Shown here: piece after piece, positions 63,454-64,000 of the stretch
Layout: every line of letters starts with the position of its first letter
Numbering within the stretch: the first letter of the stretch is position 1
Assembly: GCF_002113885.1 (NCBI RefSeq)
Contig: NW_018480077.1
Span: 1,794,145-1,858,144 of the forward strand
DNA: 64,000 nucleotides
Direction: 5' to 3'
Origin: Mizuhopecten yessoensis
Taxonomy: Eukaryota
Position numbers and translations under genes: made by a program
Notes under the pieces: generated by a model
Told to the model about the DNA's origin: nothing
Databases searched by the model: none
The model's input: only the letters and a program-made list of their open reading frames with translations

Positions 63454-64000
63454 TGTATTCCACACGAATACCAATAATATCAAATCGTGTAGTCCGTATC
63501 TGCATTCGTTTTAGTTTCAAGTTACTTTAATATGCTATCAACAAGTATACATTTAATTCGGTTATTTTTATCAATATTATTTTTTTGGAGTTATATATAT
63601 AACTAGGAATTAAGGCGTTAGTAGGGAATGATTCTTCAGGATAAAAATTATAATTAATTGTACTTATTAATAAAATCAGCGACGGAAAACCAGAAAATAG
63701 TTGTCGATATGCAAACACAATATGTGATATTACTTGTTTAATTCCAGTTTCATATGGACGCTGACTGACCACAGAAAGGAAGACCCGGAAACAGACTTAT
63801 ATCTGCATCTTTTGGTGTGTGATCAGAGTTACATGTATACAAAATATGTCTAGAAAAAACCCTGAGTTTGGATCTCATCGTGAGACGGCTCCGAAATGAA
63901 ATAATTTGAAAATAACAGTACCACAAGAAATTATAGATGTCAAAATAATCGGACAGTACTAAAATAACGTAGATGTCTACGTAATAACAGTACCACAAGA

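Overview
AT-rich, intron-containing eukaryotic (animal) DNA. The gene and repeat content suggests a bivalve mollusc, which is an inference. Five spliced protein-coding genes were reconstructed by hand from GT-AG sites and frame continuity. (1) DAD1/OST2 on the minus strand, 113 aa. (2) A divergently transcribed ZNF507-like C2H2 zinc-finger gene with a single 5-kb coding exon, three uORFs and a 34-bp minisatellite that supplies its stop codon. (3) A six-exon gene (25224-30372), invisible as a whole in the ORF track, encoding a 250-aa secreted protein: signal peptide, bacterial-type SH3b-like domain and LAS/M15-type Zn peptidase (H-x6-D ... H-x-H). This is an endolysin/lysostaphin-like architecture in an animal and the most interesting item here. 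(4) A secreted coiled-coil protein with a 'short-chain collagen C4'-like C-terminal domain, flanked by duplicated satellite blocks and followed by a pseudogene fragment. (5) A minus-strand gene of at least 33 exons and about 3,500 aa, mostly disordered, built from symmetric phase-1 exons. Most of its central exons carry one W-acidic 'SDWDSD' motif, including five near-identical 404-bp exon+intron units. Intergenic and intronic DNA holds miniature LTR elements with tRNA-like LTRs (PBS, PPT, TSD), a Helentron-type HINE, several MITEs, tRNA-SINEs, a Penelope remnant and multiple satellites. All family assignments come from motif recognition; no database search was run.
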